In this document: positions 1 through 13,315 of the stretch, piece after piece
Layout: every line of letters starts with the position of its first letter
How positions within the stretch are numbered: position 1 is the stretch's first letter
Source of the DNA: Octopus vulgaris
Taxonomy: Eukaryota
Direction of reading: 5' to 3'
Assembly (NCBI GenBank): GCA_951406725.2
Contig: OX597816.1
Coordinates: 80,972,001 to 81,036,000, forward strand
Length of the DNA stretch: 64,000 nt
Translations under genes and position numbers: made by a program
The notes under the pieces: generated by a model
The model's database searches: none
The model's input: only the letters and a program-made list of their open reading frames with translations
Told to the model about the DNA's origin: nothing

Positions 1-641
1 TAGATTCTTGGATAAGTAAATAGATTTCGTTCATCCTACTAATAAACTTACACATAAAATCAGTATTAAATTTGTAGCCTTGAGTCTAAATAAGAAAATT
101 TGTTCACAACAGTAATGATCGAGAGACAGATAATTGTTAGATTTACTAACGACCTTACAGCAAGAATAGGAGTATCATACAATCCCATCGGTTTCGGCAC
201 TTTGCAAATTATAACTTGAAGCTAAACTAAGAATCCAATACTATAATTCTCGACTTTGGTAATTCTAATGGAATCATGAATACTCAAATTATCGGTTAGG
301 TTACACTATTCCAAATTGTCACAGTGTGACGCTCGGCAAAATGTCATTAAATGGTTGAGTACAGAAACATAGGTAAAATCATTCGAGCGTAATTTGACGA
401 TTGTAATCTTATTCCTCAGATTGATTGCTGTCCAAATACACACACATATACATTATTATAACTTATACATTATTATAACATTATTATAACTATATATATA
501 TATATATACACATTACATATAAATACATTATTATTATATTCCATATGTATATTATATATATATATATATATATACATACATTATTATTATATTCCATATA
601 TATTATATATATACACATACATTATTATTATATTCCATATG

Positions 642-688
<47 letters not shown>

Positions 689-689
689 A

Positions 690-1210
690 AAATAGTAAAG
701 TGTGAAAAAACGACAGAAGGCTTAAATTTAAAAAATATATATATTTGTGTCAAAATGTCTGGAGAATATTGGAAAAATTTTTTCCTTTCCTTAAAATGAC
801 ATAATTTTAAAATTTTTAAAGAAATTACGGTTTCGCGTGTAGCTTTTCAAATGACATTATGTTTATATTGCATGGAATTATCGTTGTTTTTATTTCAGGA
901 GATTTCTAAATAAGGGGAGGTAGTGAGTGATTTTTTCCGGTGTAGGGGAGATAATCGCTTAAAAATTTTCCATTTCCTTGTTAATTTCTCTGTGTCATAT
1001 GTTCGGATGGTTGAGTCTGGGTTTGTACTTTTCAATGAAGAATGTTTCCTTGTTCAGTCTCATTTGTGTTGATGATCCGAAAGCACATTGGTAAATATTA
1101 TGTATATTGCGCATTTCTCAATGTGCTCACTGTATCATTCTATATTCTATATCTGTTGTCGATGCAGTGTGCATATATATACGTAGTCTTGTGAGCCGAG
1201 CATAATAACA
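690..1210 (-). mobile_element. Penelope-like element (PLE) 3' relic: decayed GIY-YIG endonuclease C-terminus plus 3' UTR
   Basis: Manual minus-strand translation of 1172->995 gives CTLHRQQI*NIE*YSEHIEKCA, a frameshift, then IYQCAFGSSTQMRLNKETFFIEKYKPRLNHPNI*. This fits the H..H..C / R..E.FFI...P.LN C-terminal pattern of PLE GIY-YIG domains. A hammerhead-like relic lies downstream at ~822-855, and the block is flanked by (TA)n. Confidence 0.7.
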
Positions 1211-1735
1211 TATATATATATATATATATACATTTACATGTGTGTGCGCACGTGATATGTAAATTAAAATTACATTAATATTCTGTACCTGGAGCACTCG
1301 TTATCGGAAGTATCTATGAAGATATATACATATATATTTGAGCGTGAATGTGTGTGTGGGTGAGGGTGAGTGCGTGTGTGTATGTGGGTGTGGGGGGAGT
1401 AGATTATTGGAAGTGGCGTAGAGATATTATATATTAAGAAAAAGGTGTTCAGGGTTTAGATAAAAATTATTTATCGCTATCATCCCTTTGGGAGATTCAT
1501 CATGAATATTTTTTTATAAAAAATCCATACCTTTTACATATATGTGAGTTAATTGAAAAATCTCTGGTTGCTTTTGTTTTCTTGGGTTTTGAAAAGAGGA
1601 TGTTTTGAGAGGAGTTGAGATTTTCAGTGTTACTTTGAATTTATACGTGTGTATATAAATATGTATGTGTATGGTTGTGTATGTATGCTTGTGCGAGTAT
1701 ATAGTGAATTTTTGGAGGCCTGGTTAGAGAGAGAA

Positions 1736-1736
1736 A

Positions 1737-1792
<56 letters not shown>

Positions 1793-1805
1793 ACAAGAAA
1801 GAAAG
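1736..1805. repeat. (GAAA)n microsatellite
   Basis: Tandem GAAA units; source of the ERKK/FFLS ORFs. Confidence 0.95.
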
Positions 1806-2075
1806 GGACATTTTGTGGGATGCTTGAAATTGATGACAGGTCAAGAAGGTCAATATTTTTTATCAATTGCAATAAATTTCTTTCAGTCATTGTGTGACTG
1901 ACAGTATTTTTGGTTAGTTGTCATGTTACCCACCTGTAGAAAATAGAATCTATCAAACTGTTTCAACCAGATTACATGTATTATTATTAACAGTGTTTTC
2001 AAAAATATTACAATGATATTTCAACAATATTATTATAATGATTTCAATAATAACTGCGGAAAGTCACTTCAGCAA

Positions 2076-2132
<57 letters not shown>

Positions 2133-2135
<3 letters not shown>

Positions 2136-2192
2136 GAGGTGTACTGGAAAGTTTCTGGCTTTGGGGAAAATAAAATACACGAGAATCCTGTA
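2133..2192 (+). mobile_element. Left-end fragment of a mariner-type MITE
   Basis: TA+CGAGGTGTACTGGAAAGTTTCTGGCTTTGGGGAAAATAAAATACA matches the left end of the element at 63471; it abuts (TA)n. Confidence 0.6.
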
Positions 2193-2601
2193 TATACCAT
2201 AATGATGAAATGGTCACAGCTGAAAATACTTTTGAACATATGCTTGCAAAATTAGGGCTGACCTGGGGCTAACCAACAGTAATACCAGCTTACTGATATT
2301 TTATGTCTGAAGTTAAATGTCATGCATTTATTTATAAAGCAATATAGCAATCAAAAACGTGTCGTCCACTAGCCATATCATTAAATCGGCTATCACCTCA
2401 TAAAGATCATCACGCCAGTTCTTTATGCTAATTCTCTCACCAGTTGCTTTTAACATGTATTTATTTTTTCTTCTGACATTAAATATCTTTGGGAAATGAA
2501 ATAGTCTTTTTCTGTATCTACTACCAACTATATGTACATGAATAAAGTATAAGCTCGTGTATAAACTTATGCCTCTATACGCGAGTAAACATATGTGTAT
2601 G

Positions 2602-2653
<52 letters not shown>

Positions 2654-2694
2654 CATACACATACACACATACATATATATATGCATGTATAAAT

Positions 2695-2771
<77 letters not shown>

Positions 2772-2812
2772 TAGATAGATAGATATGTAGAGAAAGAGTG
2801 AGAGAGATGAAC

Positions 2813-2900
2813 AGGCATGGCCTTGTGATTAAGGTGTTGCCCTCACGAGGGCGACTTTGTGCTTTCGATCCCCACACCAGGTGGTGCGCTGTGTTCTTGT
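2813..2900 (+). mobile_element. tRNA-derived SINE head fragment (third family)
   Basis: GCATGGCCTTGTGATTAAGGTGTTGC...TTCGATCCCC: degenerate pol III A and B boxes, similar to the head at 61590. Confidence 0.45.
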
Positions 2901-3605
2901 TCAACACAGAACACAACACTGACATACGCCTATATACACCTTCACCATTTTTTTGTTTCTTTTTCTTGTACCAATTTCGCCTTTTGACCATAAAACCACA
3001 AGTGGTGTTTAAACTCTCCACCCTATTCATACATACTTTCTTTTGTCCCCCACAACCAAAAATATTTCCCCACCCTAACCCCTTTCAATTTCTCCTCTCT
3101 TCAAATGCCAATCCCCCTATTCAATTCTGTGATTAAGCTAAATCTACTATAACCACCGACCCGTCCAATTCTTCCTTTCTCTCATTCCCCTATATTTTAT
3201 TTTATTTACTTATTTATTTATTTTGCTTTCTCTTCTTTCTTCCCTTCTATTATTTATTTATCCCCTTATTTATATACACCTCACTTACTGTACCCTCCAC
3301 ACACTCTGATTGATTCTTTGGGTCAAAATACTTCGTTTCGACATTGTAGCCTTTAATCTAATCAAGACATATTTGGCCTGAAGAATAACCGCCGGTATAC
3401 AACTCACTTGGATTTTACCACTTCTCAGGTTCCAGTCACTATGAAACATATGTAACTCGGATTTCCCATATTCCATTCCGTAAGTCTTGTACTCTTTTTC
3501 GCACACTCGGCAACCCTACTTATCTACCGGGGAATATAAAAAGAACTTTTTTCAGCTCATCGTTCTTCGACAAAAGAAAAAAAAAACCGAACTTTCCGTC
3601 TCCAT

Positions 3606-4014
3606 TACTCTCTTTACTCTTTTACTTGTTTCAGTCATTTGACTGAGGCCATGCTGGAGCCCCGCCTTTAGTCGAGCAAATCGACCCCGGGACTTATTCT
3701 TTGTAAGCCCAGTACTTATTCTATCGGTTTCTTTTGCCGAACCGCTAAGTGACGGGGACGTAAACACACCAGCATCGGTTGTCAAGCAATGCTAGGGGTC
3801 AAACACACACACACAAACATGCACACACACACATATATATATACATATATACGACAGGCTTCTTTCAGTTTCCGTCTACCAAATCCACTCACAAGGCATT
3901 GGTCGGCCAGGAGCTATAGCAGAAGACACTTGCCCAAGATGCCACGCAGTGGGACTGAACCCGGAACCATGTGGTTGGTTAGCAAGCTACTTACCACACA
4001 GCCACTCCGGCGCC
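3606..4014 (-). mobile_element. Full-length tRNA-derived SINE, family A (octopus OK/OR-type SINE)
   Basis: Minus-strand head GGCGCCGGAGTGGCTGTGTGGTAAG (A box) ... GGTTCAGTCCC (B box), then GGCATCTTGGGCAAGTGTCTT, an internal CA/TA microsatellite and tail CCAGCATGGCCTCAGTCAAATGACTGAAACAAGTAAAAGAG. Highly similar copies at 23463 and 54075. Confidence 0.9.
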
Positions 4015-4102
4015 ATTGTTCCTGAAAGTTGTGTTTTATATTCACTACGGATTGCTCAAAGCTAAGTCTCTTCCTACACCACGATCCCTGGATCTTACAT
4101 TT

Positions 4103-4142
<40 letters not shown>

Positions 4143-4164
4143 ATATATATATATATATATATAT

Positions 4165-4380
4165 TCTTTTATTCTTTTTTGTTGTTTCAGTCATTTGACT
4201 GCGGCCATGCTGGAGAACCGCCTTTAGTTGAGCAAACCGACCCCAGAATTTATTCTTTGTAAGCCTAGTACTTATCTATCGGTCTCTTTTGCCGAACTGC
4301 TAGCTTACGGGGACGTAAACACACCAGCATCGGTTGTCAAATGACGTTGGTGGGGGACAAGCACAGACACACAAACATAT
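4165..4380 (-). mobile_element. SINE family A, 3' half
   Basis: Aligns by eye to 3620-3830; directly abuts the truncated 3' end of the R4/Dong-like LINE. Confidence 0.85.
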
Positions 4381-5650
4381 ACAGTTTATTCAGATTCTCC
4401 TTTAAGCATTTACTAACACAACCTAGTACTCCAATTATTATTGGTATGAATATAAATTCATAATTTGAATACAAAAGCTGGAGGTTTCGAAGAAGTTGCC
4501 CATAGATATCCTCTTTTTCTTTGATTTTCAAAGAGATATTTATATTTGCAGGATAGCTAACTTCTACGATGGTACATACCTTTGCCTCTCTGTCTCAAAC
4601 AACAATATCCGGCACATTATGCTTACATTTGACAGAAATTTTGATGGGAATATTCCACAAATATTCCTTGAGTTGGTGTTTATGAATGTATTTCATAACA
4701 GAGGGATTTTCTAAATTTATTTCAGGGCAGTCCTTCAGGCGGATAGCTTTGTAAATTGATTTAGTAACAACATCGTGCCTCGTAGGTAGGTAGTACCGTG
4801 ACGACAGCTGCTAATCACATGCGTAATGCATTCCACAGAAACATGACATAGACTACACATGCAGTTCCACCTTGTGATTACCAGAGTGTCATTGTATCTC
4901 TTGTTCACCAAGTATTTTGTGGCAATTTCCTGTTCCTGGATTGGAAACACATATATAGCCTTCAAAGCGTGATGTAGTGGTCATGTGTCCAAGAGAGGTT
5001 GCGTTTCGTGTCAATTCTACTGTCTTCTTCAAGCTTCCAGGAAACATATCCATGCATAGTCTTTTTTATTTGTATGCTGAGTGCTTTCCATCCAGGTCTT
5101 CTCTGAGATAAGAGAGCCCAGCTGTTTTGGAGTCGTAGAGGAGATCATCAGGAAGAGAGTGTTTCTTGAGCAGTTCACTGCCAACTGGTAACAATGTTGC
5201 TCACTTCATTTTTCAGAACTGCATATATAAATATATTTTTGCTGCTCTTGTTTAGCAGGTGCTTCCTAGGTGATACCATTTGGCATTCGAAGGCTGTCTG
5301 CCCTGATCTCAGGCGTCTACCACCTCCCTTTCTTCTTAGGTAGAGCCTGTCAACATTATTGTTTCTGTGTAAGTTCCAAGTTGTTGTCAGGATTTTGCGG
5401 GTTTTGATATCTATGGAGTGGATTTTCTTTATAGAGCAATCAAGTATCCCAAACGTTGGGCTCAGCACTGTTACTGCAAATGCATTGTGGGATATTGTTT
5501 TCTTGTAAGAGGAGAGTTCCGAGTGCCATATTTTCCTAAGTGTGGTGTAATATTTTTGGGTCACTCTATCTTTAATCACAGTGCCTTCATATGATATGTT
5601 TCCGTCTATGTCTAGCTACTTGTAACACCCTTTGTGTGGAATGGGGGAGA
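4381..5650 (-). mobile_element. Decayed R4/Dong-like non-LTR retrotransposon (RT C-terminus, CCHC zinc knuckle, restriction-like endonuclease)
   Basis: Minus-strand pieces in the expected order: CYK*LDI (YKYLG-like, ~5620); KTRKILT...VDRLYLRRKGGGRRL (ORF 5175-5579); IQEQEIAT...CSLCHVSVECITHVISSC (ORF 4735-4965); WNIPIK...HNVPDIVV*DREAKVCTIVEVSYP (PD..E REL motif, ~4550-4660); KEKEDIYGQLLRNLQLLY...IPIIIGVLG (ORF 4337-4531). Multiple stops and frameshifts. Confidence 0.9.
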
Positions 5651-5663
5651 TATGTATGTATGA

Positions 5664-5775
5664 TTATTCAGTTTCTTTCAAGATTTCTTGCCAATAGAGA
5701 AAGAATCGGTTTCTAACCTAGAGCCAAGGTTCTTTCACTGGAATTTCAACATCAACAACAGGATAATTTTGTTTG
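5664..5775 (-). mobile_element. 3' terminal ~110 bp of an R4/Dong-like LINE, embedded in (CATA)n
   Basis: Its reverse complement closely matches 28820-28922 (CCTGTTGTTGATGTTGAAATTCCAGTGAA...AAGAAATCTTGAAA), the 3' UTR following a REL domain. Confidence 0.8.
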
Positions 5776-6260
5776 TATGTATGTATGTATGTATGTATGT
5801 ATGTATGTATGTATGTATGTATGTATGTATGTACGTATGTGTATATGTATGTGGTTGTGTGTGTTTACATACACATGTACATAAGATGCTACGAGAGGCT
5901 CGATAAAAAAAAACCTTGCATATATGTGATACAAGGAAGGTTTGACAGCTAGTTTTAGCAGAGTGAGGGACCAATTGACATTCGTTACATTGTGTTGCAA
6001 GTAACAATTCCCCCAAGAGTTTGATAAATGTAGTATGAGGAATAAAACTTAGGATTAGATTACAATGTTCCCTGTTGTCTAACAGGTTATCTAATCAAAA
6101 TCATAATAATAGTAATATTTCCATACTCCTTTGGACTGTATTAGCAAGAAATATTTTATTATTTAACTGACAAGCTGAACACACTACAGTATTTCACAAT
6201 TGGCTTCCAGTGACTGATGTCACATAAACAGACACAAGGAAGTATATATACGAGTGAGTA

Positions 6261-6330
<70 letters not shown>

Positions 6331-6729
6331 CAATAATCTAAATCTTACTATATGAGAGGGAATATGGAGCAATATTCTTAATATTACGATATGACGTGCA
6401 CGCTTTGCAATATTCCATGCTCAGGACAAAATTTTGATTTAATATCCTTCTTAAATCTGTGTGAATATTATATTGCTTATTCGATGAAATAATCAGTCTG
6501 CACGTGGACGTTATATGTATCACAGTTTCAAAATATATTGGCATGTTACAGATACTGCAGATCATACGCACTAAGTCCACAAAAGAAAGAGGAAAAGCAA
6601 AAAACGGAGGAGATATCGGTGGTTGCAAACGTCTACATGTCTACAGCCGTTAAGATGAAACCAAAAGAATATAAGATAAGAAGAGCATCAGATTAAGACG
6701 ATATTGGTATACACTACATGCAGGTATAC

Positions 6730-6763
<34 letters not shown>

Positions 6764-6910
6764 AATCGCCACCCCCATAAACAAGCACACAAACATACAC
6801 ATACACACACTCACATATAATTAATAGATAGATATTAATTATATTACGTAAAAATAAGTATACGATATATGCTACACATGCAAGTTTGCGTTCTTGCGTG
6901 ATATATATAA

Positions 6911-6950
<40 letters not shown>

Positions 6951-7289
6951 TTGCATATATGCGCGCACACGCACATACCTGTGTCAGTGTAAATGTTTCT
7001 CTAATATATGACTACATTTATATACTGTCGCTAAGCATTGATTTTCGAAAAATAAGTAGATTTTATATATATATATATATAGGAAGAGAAAGAACATCTT
7101 TATAGATCGACATCATACGTGTGCGAGTGCTTAAATATATGTGTGTGTGCGAGTGCTTAAATATATGTGTGTGTGTGTGTGTGTGTTCGTGAATGTATGT
7201 CGATAGATAGATAGATAAACAGATAGATGTGAGAGAGAGAGATAGTGGATGGTATGTATGCGTGTGTGCATATATCTCTATGGATGCGT

Positions 7290-7731
7290 ATACATGTCTG
7301 AATATATACATAGTGTATATATGTATATATGTATGTATATTATATATATTTATGTGTGTATGTCTGTGTATACGTATATATATATGTATATATACATGCA
7401 TATATATATATATGCATATATATATATACACACATATATATATAGGGCATATATATATGCATATGTATATATATATATTTATATATGTACGTATGTATGT
7501 ATATACAAATATATATATCTATGCATATATATATATATATATATATATATAGATAGATAGATAGATATGCATATATATATATGCATATATATATATATAG
7601 ATAGATAGATAGATAGATATGCATATATATATATCATATATATATATATAGATAGATAGATAGATAGATATGATATATATATATGCATATATATATGCAT
7701 ATATATCTATATATATATTTATATAGGTATG

Positions 7732-7784
<53 letters not shown>

Positions 7785-7894
7785 ATATATATATGTATGT
7801 ATGTATGTATATAAATATATATGCATATATATATATATATACATACATACATACATATATACATACATATATACATACATACATACATATATAC

Positions 7895-7943
<49 letters not shown>

Positions 7944-7995
7944 TACATATCTATATATATGTATATATCTTTATATCTATCTATGTGTGTATATT
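7290..7995. repeat. Compound (TA)n/(GATA)n/(TACA)n low-complexity tract
   Basis: Directly visible; includes repeated GATAGATATGCATATATA higher-order units at ~7520-7700. Confidence 0.95.
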
Positions 7996-8295
7996 TGCCG
8001 CTAAAATAACTAACCATACGTGAATATTATATCAGCAACGTTTGCGCATTGATTTATAAATGTGTTGTAATCAGTTTAACAAGGTTATTTTATAGCTCCC
8101 ACATCTCACATAAATCTACTTTAACTACTGGCTTTACATCTATAATCTGTTCCATAAAAATCTACATCAATGCTACATTTCTCTATCGAGTCCTTCTCCT
8201 CCTCCTTTCACTCCTTCGACTCCACCTCTACCTCCGTATCTACTACTTGTATTCAGCTCCAGTTTCTGAATTTGACATTCACTCTCTCATACTTT

Positions 8296-8342
<47 letters not shown>

Positions 8343-8977
8343 TTCTCTCTCTTTTATATATATGTATATATGTTCAGAAAGTCATTTCGTCTCTCTCTTT
8401 CTCCCCTCTCCCTCTCTCTCGCTCTCTCTGAATGTGCATATATATATATATAAATATATATATACATATATACATACATACATATACGCTTTGCTCTGTT
8501 TACTTTTTTTTTTCCTCTCTTATGATGCTGTTTTGATACTGATTTACATTTCATAAATAAATCTAGCGTTTTGTCATAGTATCCGCGCCATCATTCAGAT
8601 CACCAGTAATACAGTCCCTACTCCCGACGTGCTCATCCAGACATTACCAATATGATGATGATACCCAATGTAATGATAATTGACATCCTAATCATCCTCA
8701 TCGACATTATTACCACCATCTTAATCATTATCGTTCTCAGTAGCAACTGCAATGTACCATGTCCGTCATTGTTACAAGCATTATCGTCAGCGAGGCCGTC
8801 ATCATTGTTACTTCAAATATCATATTTCATCTAATGCATGAGCCTACAACAAATTGCTCTTGCTTCATCTCTTTCTCTCTCTCTGTCTCTCTTTCTCTCT
8901 CTCTCTATCTAGCTATCTATCTCATTCTCACTTTCTCCATATACACACATGCATACATACATACATACTTACATACT

Positions 8978-9009
<32 letters not shown>

Positions 9010-9204
9010 GCGAGGATAACGATAATGTTATTTTTAACTCGTATGGCTTCCATTGCTAATAACGACAGGCTAAGATACGCTCATGTGTAAAAGTCACAAA
9101 CCTAAAATTATGAAATGACAAAAATATTACTTTCTCCTAGCGGGGACTAAAAATGAAAGGACTTTGGAAAATGGCTTAACGCAATCATATCTAACTTAGT
9201 TTAG

Positions 9205-9346
9205 GATAGGAGGATAAATCGATTAGATCGATCCTATGGCTCGTGTGAATGAAAGGCAAAGCTGCCTTCGTCAGAATTTGAACTCAGAGCGTCGGAATGC
9301 CACTAATCGTTTTGCCCGGCATGCTAAAGAGTCTGTCAGCTCGCCA
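9205..9346 (-). mobile_element. Diverged SINE family B
   Basis: GAATGAAAGGCAAAG...AGAATTTGAACTCAGAGCGT...GCCCGGCATGCTAA...TCTGTCAGCTCGCC resembles 32670-32783. Confidence 0.65.
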
Positions 9347-9370
9347 TCTCTCTCTCTCTCTCTCATTCGG

Positions 9371-9406
<36 letters not shown>

Positions 9407-9457
9407 GATATAGATATATAGATATACATACACACACACAGATATATATATATATAT

Positions 9458-9504
<47 letters not shown>

Positions 9505-10571
9505 TCTTAAATGTGAATGTTGCTGAAGTGACTTCGAAGTTTCGGCCAGCAAAGCCATCGTACTCGAAAAAGTATAAAGTATCTCATCAGATTAATGTAA
9601 AATTGTTTTCATTATAACTGAACATAAAAACAAGCATTAATATATATGGTAGGCAATATACAGATAATGATCCATAACCAGAACTGGATCTAGAAGCCAG
9701 GTCAAATCAAACCTAATTGGTAATGAAAGCTAAGGGCTCCCTTCGGTGTTTTCATTGTCTGACAGGCAAGGGATGAAAAGATAAGTGATGCAATAAAGTT
9801 ATAAAAAGCGGGTTTTTTCTCAGATCATCCCTCAGGCCAGACTCTACAACTATATTATATATAAATTATATATTTAATAGCTATTGGTGTAGACTAGAAT
9901 AACAGAAAAAATGTAAATATTTTAAACAATTTCACATATTTTAAAAGAAAAACACATTTTATTGAAAACAATCCACCAAACAGAAATCAATGTTGTTTAT
10001 CAGTTTTCTTGTTTTGCTTTGGTTTTTGATTTTGCGTAAAACGTAAATTCTAAAGAAGAAAAAGCATTATTTGTACAAAACAAAACTTTTTATTCCACTG
10101 ATTTCTAATTCTGAAGATATATATTTCAACATACATGGATTAAATTATGTAAAATATATTTTTTTTCTTTTTGCATATGTAAAATCTATTTTTTCTTTTT
10201 ATAACGTTATTTATACTTTAAAATTTATTCTCATAAATGTCTTTTGTTTTTCTTTCTTTTTTTTTGGTCATTTTTTTTTACTGCAAAGTCTGTAATTATG
10301 TTTTCAAAATTATTCTGACACAATAAATCTGATACTATACTTAGGTGAGACAAAATATCTAGTTTGACTTGTTGCACAGCCAGTAATTGCAGTTTCTGCA
10401 AGTACTACATGCTACATTTAAATTTAGTTGATCTTCAAAATTATATCAGTGGTAACTTCAATAATACTTACAGTAAAAAAGATATCATCAGCATCACCAT
10501 CACCACCATCATTGTTATCATCATCAAAACTAACACAGCTGGTTGCTCACTTACCGTGAACTAAGTCGGCA

Positions 10572-10830
10572 CGTTTTTTTAATTCAAGTCGAGGGCTTTG
10601 CAGAGACCTGTATACTGGCAAGTAATACTCTTTTCTTGAACTGCTTTATTTTCATTTTTATGCCAATTTTTTGCTCACCAATTTTAATTTCTTTGCTCTC
10701 AGTACCGAGCGCACAAACAACTACTGACAAAACATACACTTTTATCATTGACCATCCTTTTTGATTCCTCGCTCCAAAGCTTCATATCTTGTCAGTTTTC
10801 CTCCATCTTTTCAGCGATTACCTGGCAAAC
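10572..10830 (-). mobile_element. Dong/R4-like LINE REL-domain 3' fragment (second family)
   Basis: Its reverse complement aligns by eye to 19440-19650 (ACAAGATATGAAGCT...TTTGTGCGCTCGGTACTGAGAGCAAAGA...GGCATAAAAATGAAAA...CTCTGCAAAG). Confidence 0.65.
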
Positions 10831-10874
10831 TGGTAGAAATTTTAGAACCTCGGGGGAAATGCCTTCCAGTATTT

Positions 10875-11010
10875 ATTCCCACTTTTTACGTTCTGATTTA
10901 AGTTCCTTCCGGATAGACAAAAAAAAGTACCAGTCAAGTACGGAAGTCAGGATAATTGACAAATCCCTTCCCCACAAAATTGCTGGTCTTTTGCCTAGAT
11001 TAGATGCCAT
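10875..11010 (+). mobile_element. Diverged SINE family B (internally deleted)
   Basis: TTTACGTTCTGA...AAGTACCAGTCAAGTAC...CCCTTCCCCACAAAATTGCTGGTCTTTTGCCTAGATTAGA resembles the family B tail. Confidence 0.55.
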
Positions 11011-11269
11011 TCATATTGTTGCTGTTTACAGAGAAACAGATACGTAGATCTATCGTGGAGGGCATCATGACAACTCGGCATTTAAAACAATCATCTGTTC
11101 CCTTTGGTGGGTAAAGAACGCCCTTCAAATAAACCTGTCTGCAAGTCCCTTATATGGAGAAAGATGTGTGTGCATATGTGTGTGTGTGATTTGGAACTCA
11201 CGCATGGTCGATTCCGTTTCCATTTAGGTATCAATCTGTCTTGTAACTGGTCCATTTGTCCATCCATCT

Positions 11270-11700
<431 letters not shown>

Positions 11701-11729
11701 TAACGTTGGCATATATACGTGTATGGTAG

Positions 11730-12122
11730 CTGTGTCTCTCCCCATTTTCGAGTAATTTGGGCTTTCATTTCGGAATATTAATAAATAGTATATGTAAACA
11801 GATACAAAAACTGACAGAAATTGTGACAGATAGATTGGGAAAGATGGCGAGAGAGAGAACAGAGAATATGAGATCAAAGGCGTATGTTAGAGGTTTAAAA
11901 ACGAAGTTATGGATATTAGCAGAGTATCTAAAGCAGATTTAAGTTCAGGTTGATGGTGATGATGCGGTGAGGATGAATGGTAGAATTTTATGGTGATTAT
12001 GATGTTGGTGTTAGTTATAGTGATATGTAGTACGATTAGAGTTCGACTCACAGAGAGGTTGAAATATAAAAACATACAGAGGTGATAGGAACTCTGCGTG
12101 TGGGTGTAGAGAGAAAGAGAGA

Positions 12123-12180
<58 letters not shown>

Positions 12181-12379
12181 TTGAGTGATAGACATAGACA
12201 GACAGTCGGACTGAATGACAGACAAAAAGAGATGGGTAGATACGGGAGAGGTAGAGCAAGAGATAGACGAACGGGAGATTTTCTTTTTAGTAAAATAAAT
12301 TGTTGAAAACGATACAGGAAAGACAATAAATGTGTATGTGTTAGGAAACAAACATACACACCACAAACACACACACACC

Positions 12380-12412
<33 letters not shown>

Positions 12413-12437
12413 ATGCATGTATGTATGTATGTATGTG

Positions 12438-12511
<74 letters not shown>

Positions 12512-12990
12512 CGCTCACAAATGTTTTTCCCTTTATGTGTCTTTTCTTCTTTTACATCGACTTCACTTTCTAACAACTCCCCTTTCTCTCTATCTACCCG
12601 AGTCTATCGTTCTAACTCTCATTATAATACCTACATTATGATCATCACCAACATCATTCTAATCCAATGCTGTATCACCCACCAATCAGTACGATATCAT
12701 CATACCCATCAGTAGCATCATAAACATCACCATAATCATCGACATATACAAACAATTTCAGCGCATCATCAACACCAACCTGAACTTAAATCTGCTTTAG
12801 ATTCTCTGCTAATATCCATAACTTCGTTTTTAAACCTCCATCACACGTCTTTGATCTTATATTCTCAGTACTCTTCCTCACAATTTCTACCAATCTATCT
12901 ATCACAATTTCTGTCAGTTTTTGTATCTATTTACCTACATATATTGATATACAGTGATGAAAACTCAAAATTACTCAAGAGAGAGACAGA
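11730..12990. repeat. Long inverted repeat (arms ~11730-11966 and ~12762-12990)
   Basis: 11890-11952 is the reverse complement of 12776-12838 at 62/63 positions; the flanks align with more mismatches. Confidence 0.9.
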
Positions 12991-13080
12991 TTAAACATGT
13001 GCATACACACATGAATACACACACATAATATGCATTAAGGTAGATCTGCATATATGTACATACGTACATACATACATACA

Positions 13081-13116
<36 letters not shown>

Positions 13117-13275
13117 TACATACCTACATATACATACATACATACATATACATACATACATACATATACATACATATACATACATACATATACATATATA
13201 TACATACATACATATTCATACATATACATATACATACATATACATACATACATATACATACATATACATACAGAC

Positions 13276-13315
<40 letters not shown>

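Noticed and set aside
3930-4014. tRNA-like sequences with A/B boxes (also 23860, 32700, 54480, 61590)
   Set aside because: SINE heads continuing into SINE bodies; no complete cloverleaf evident.
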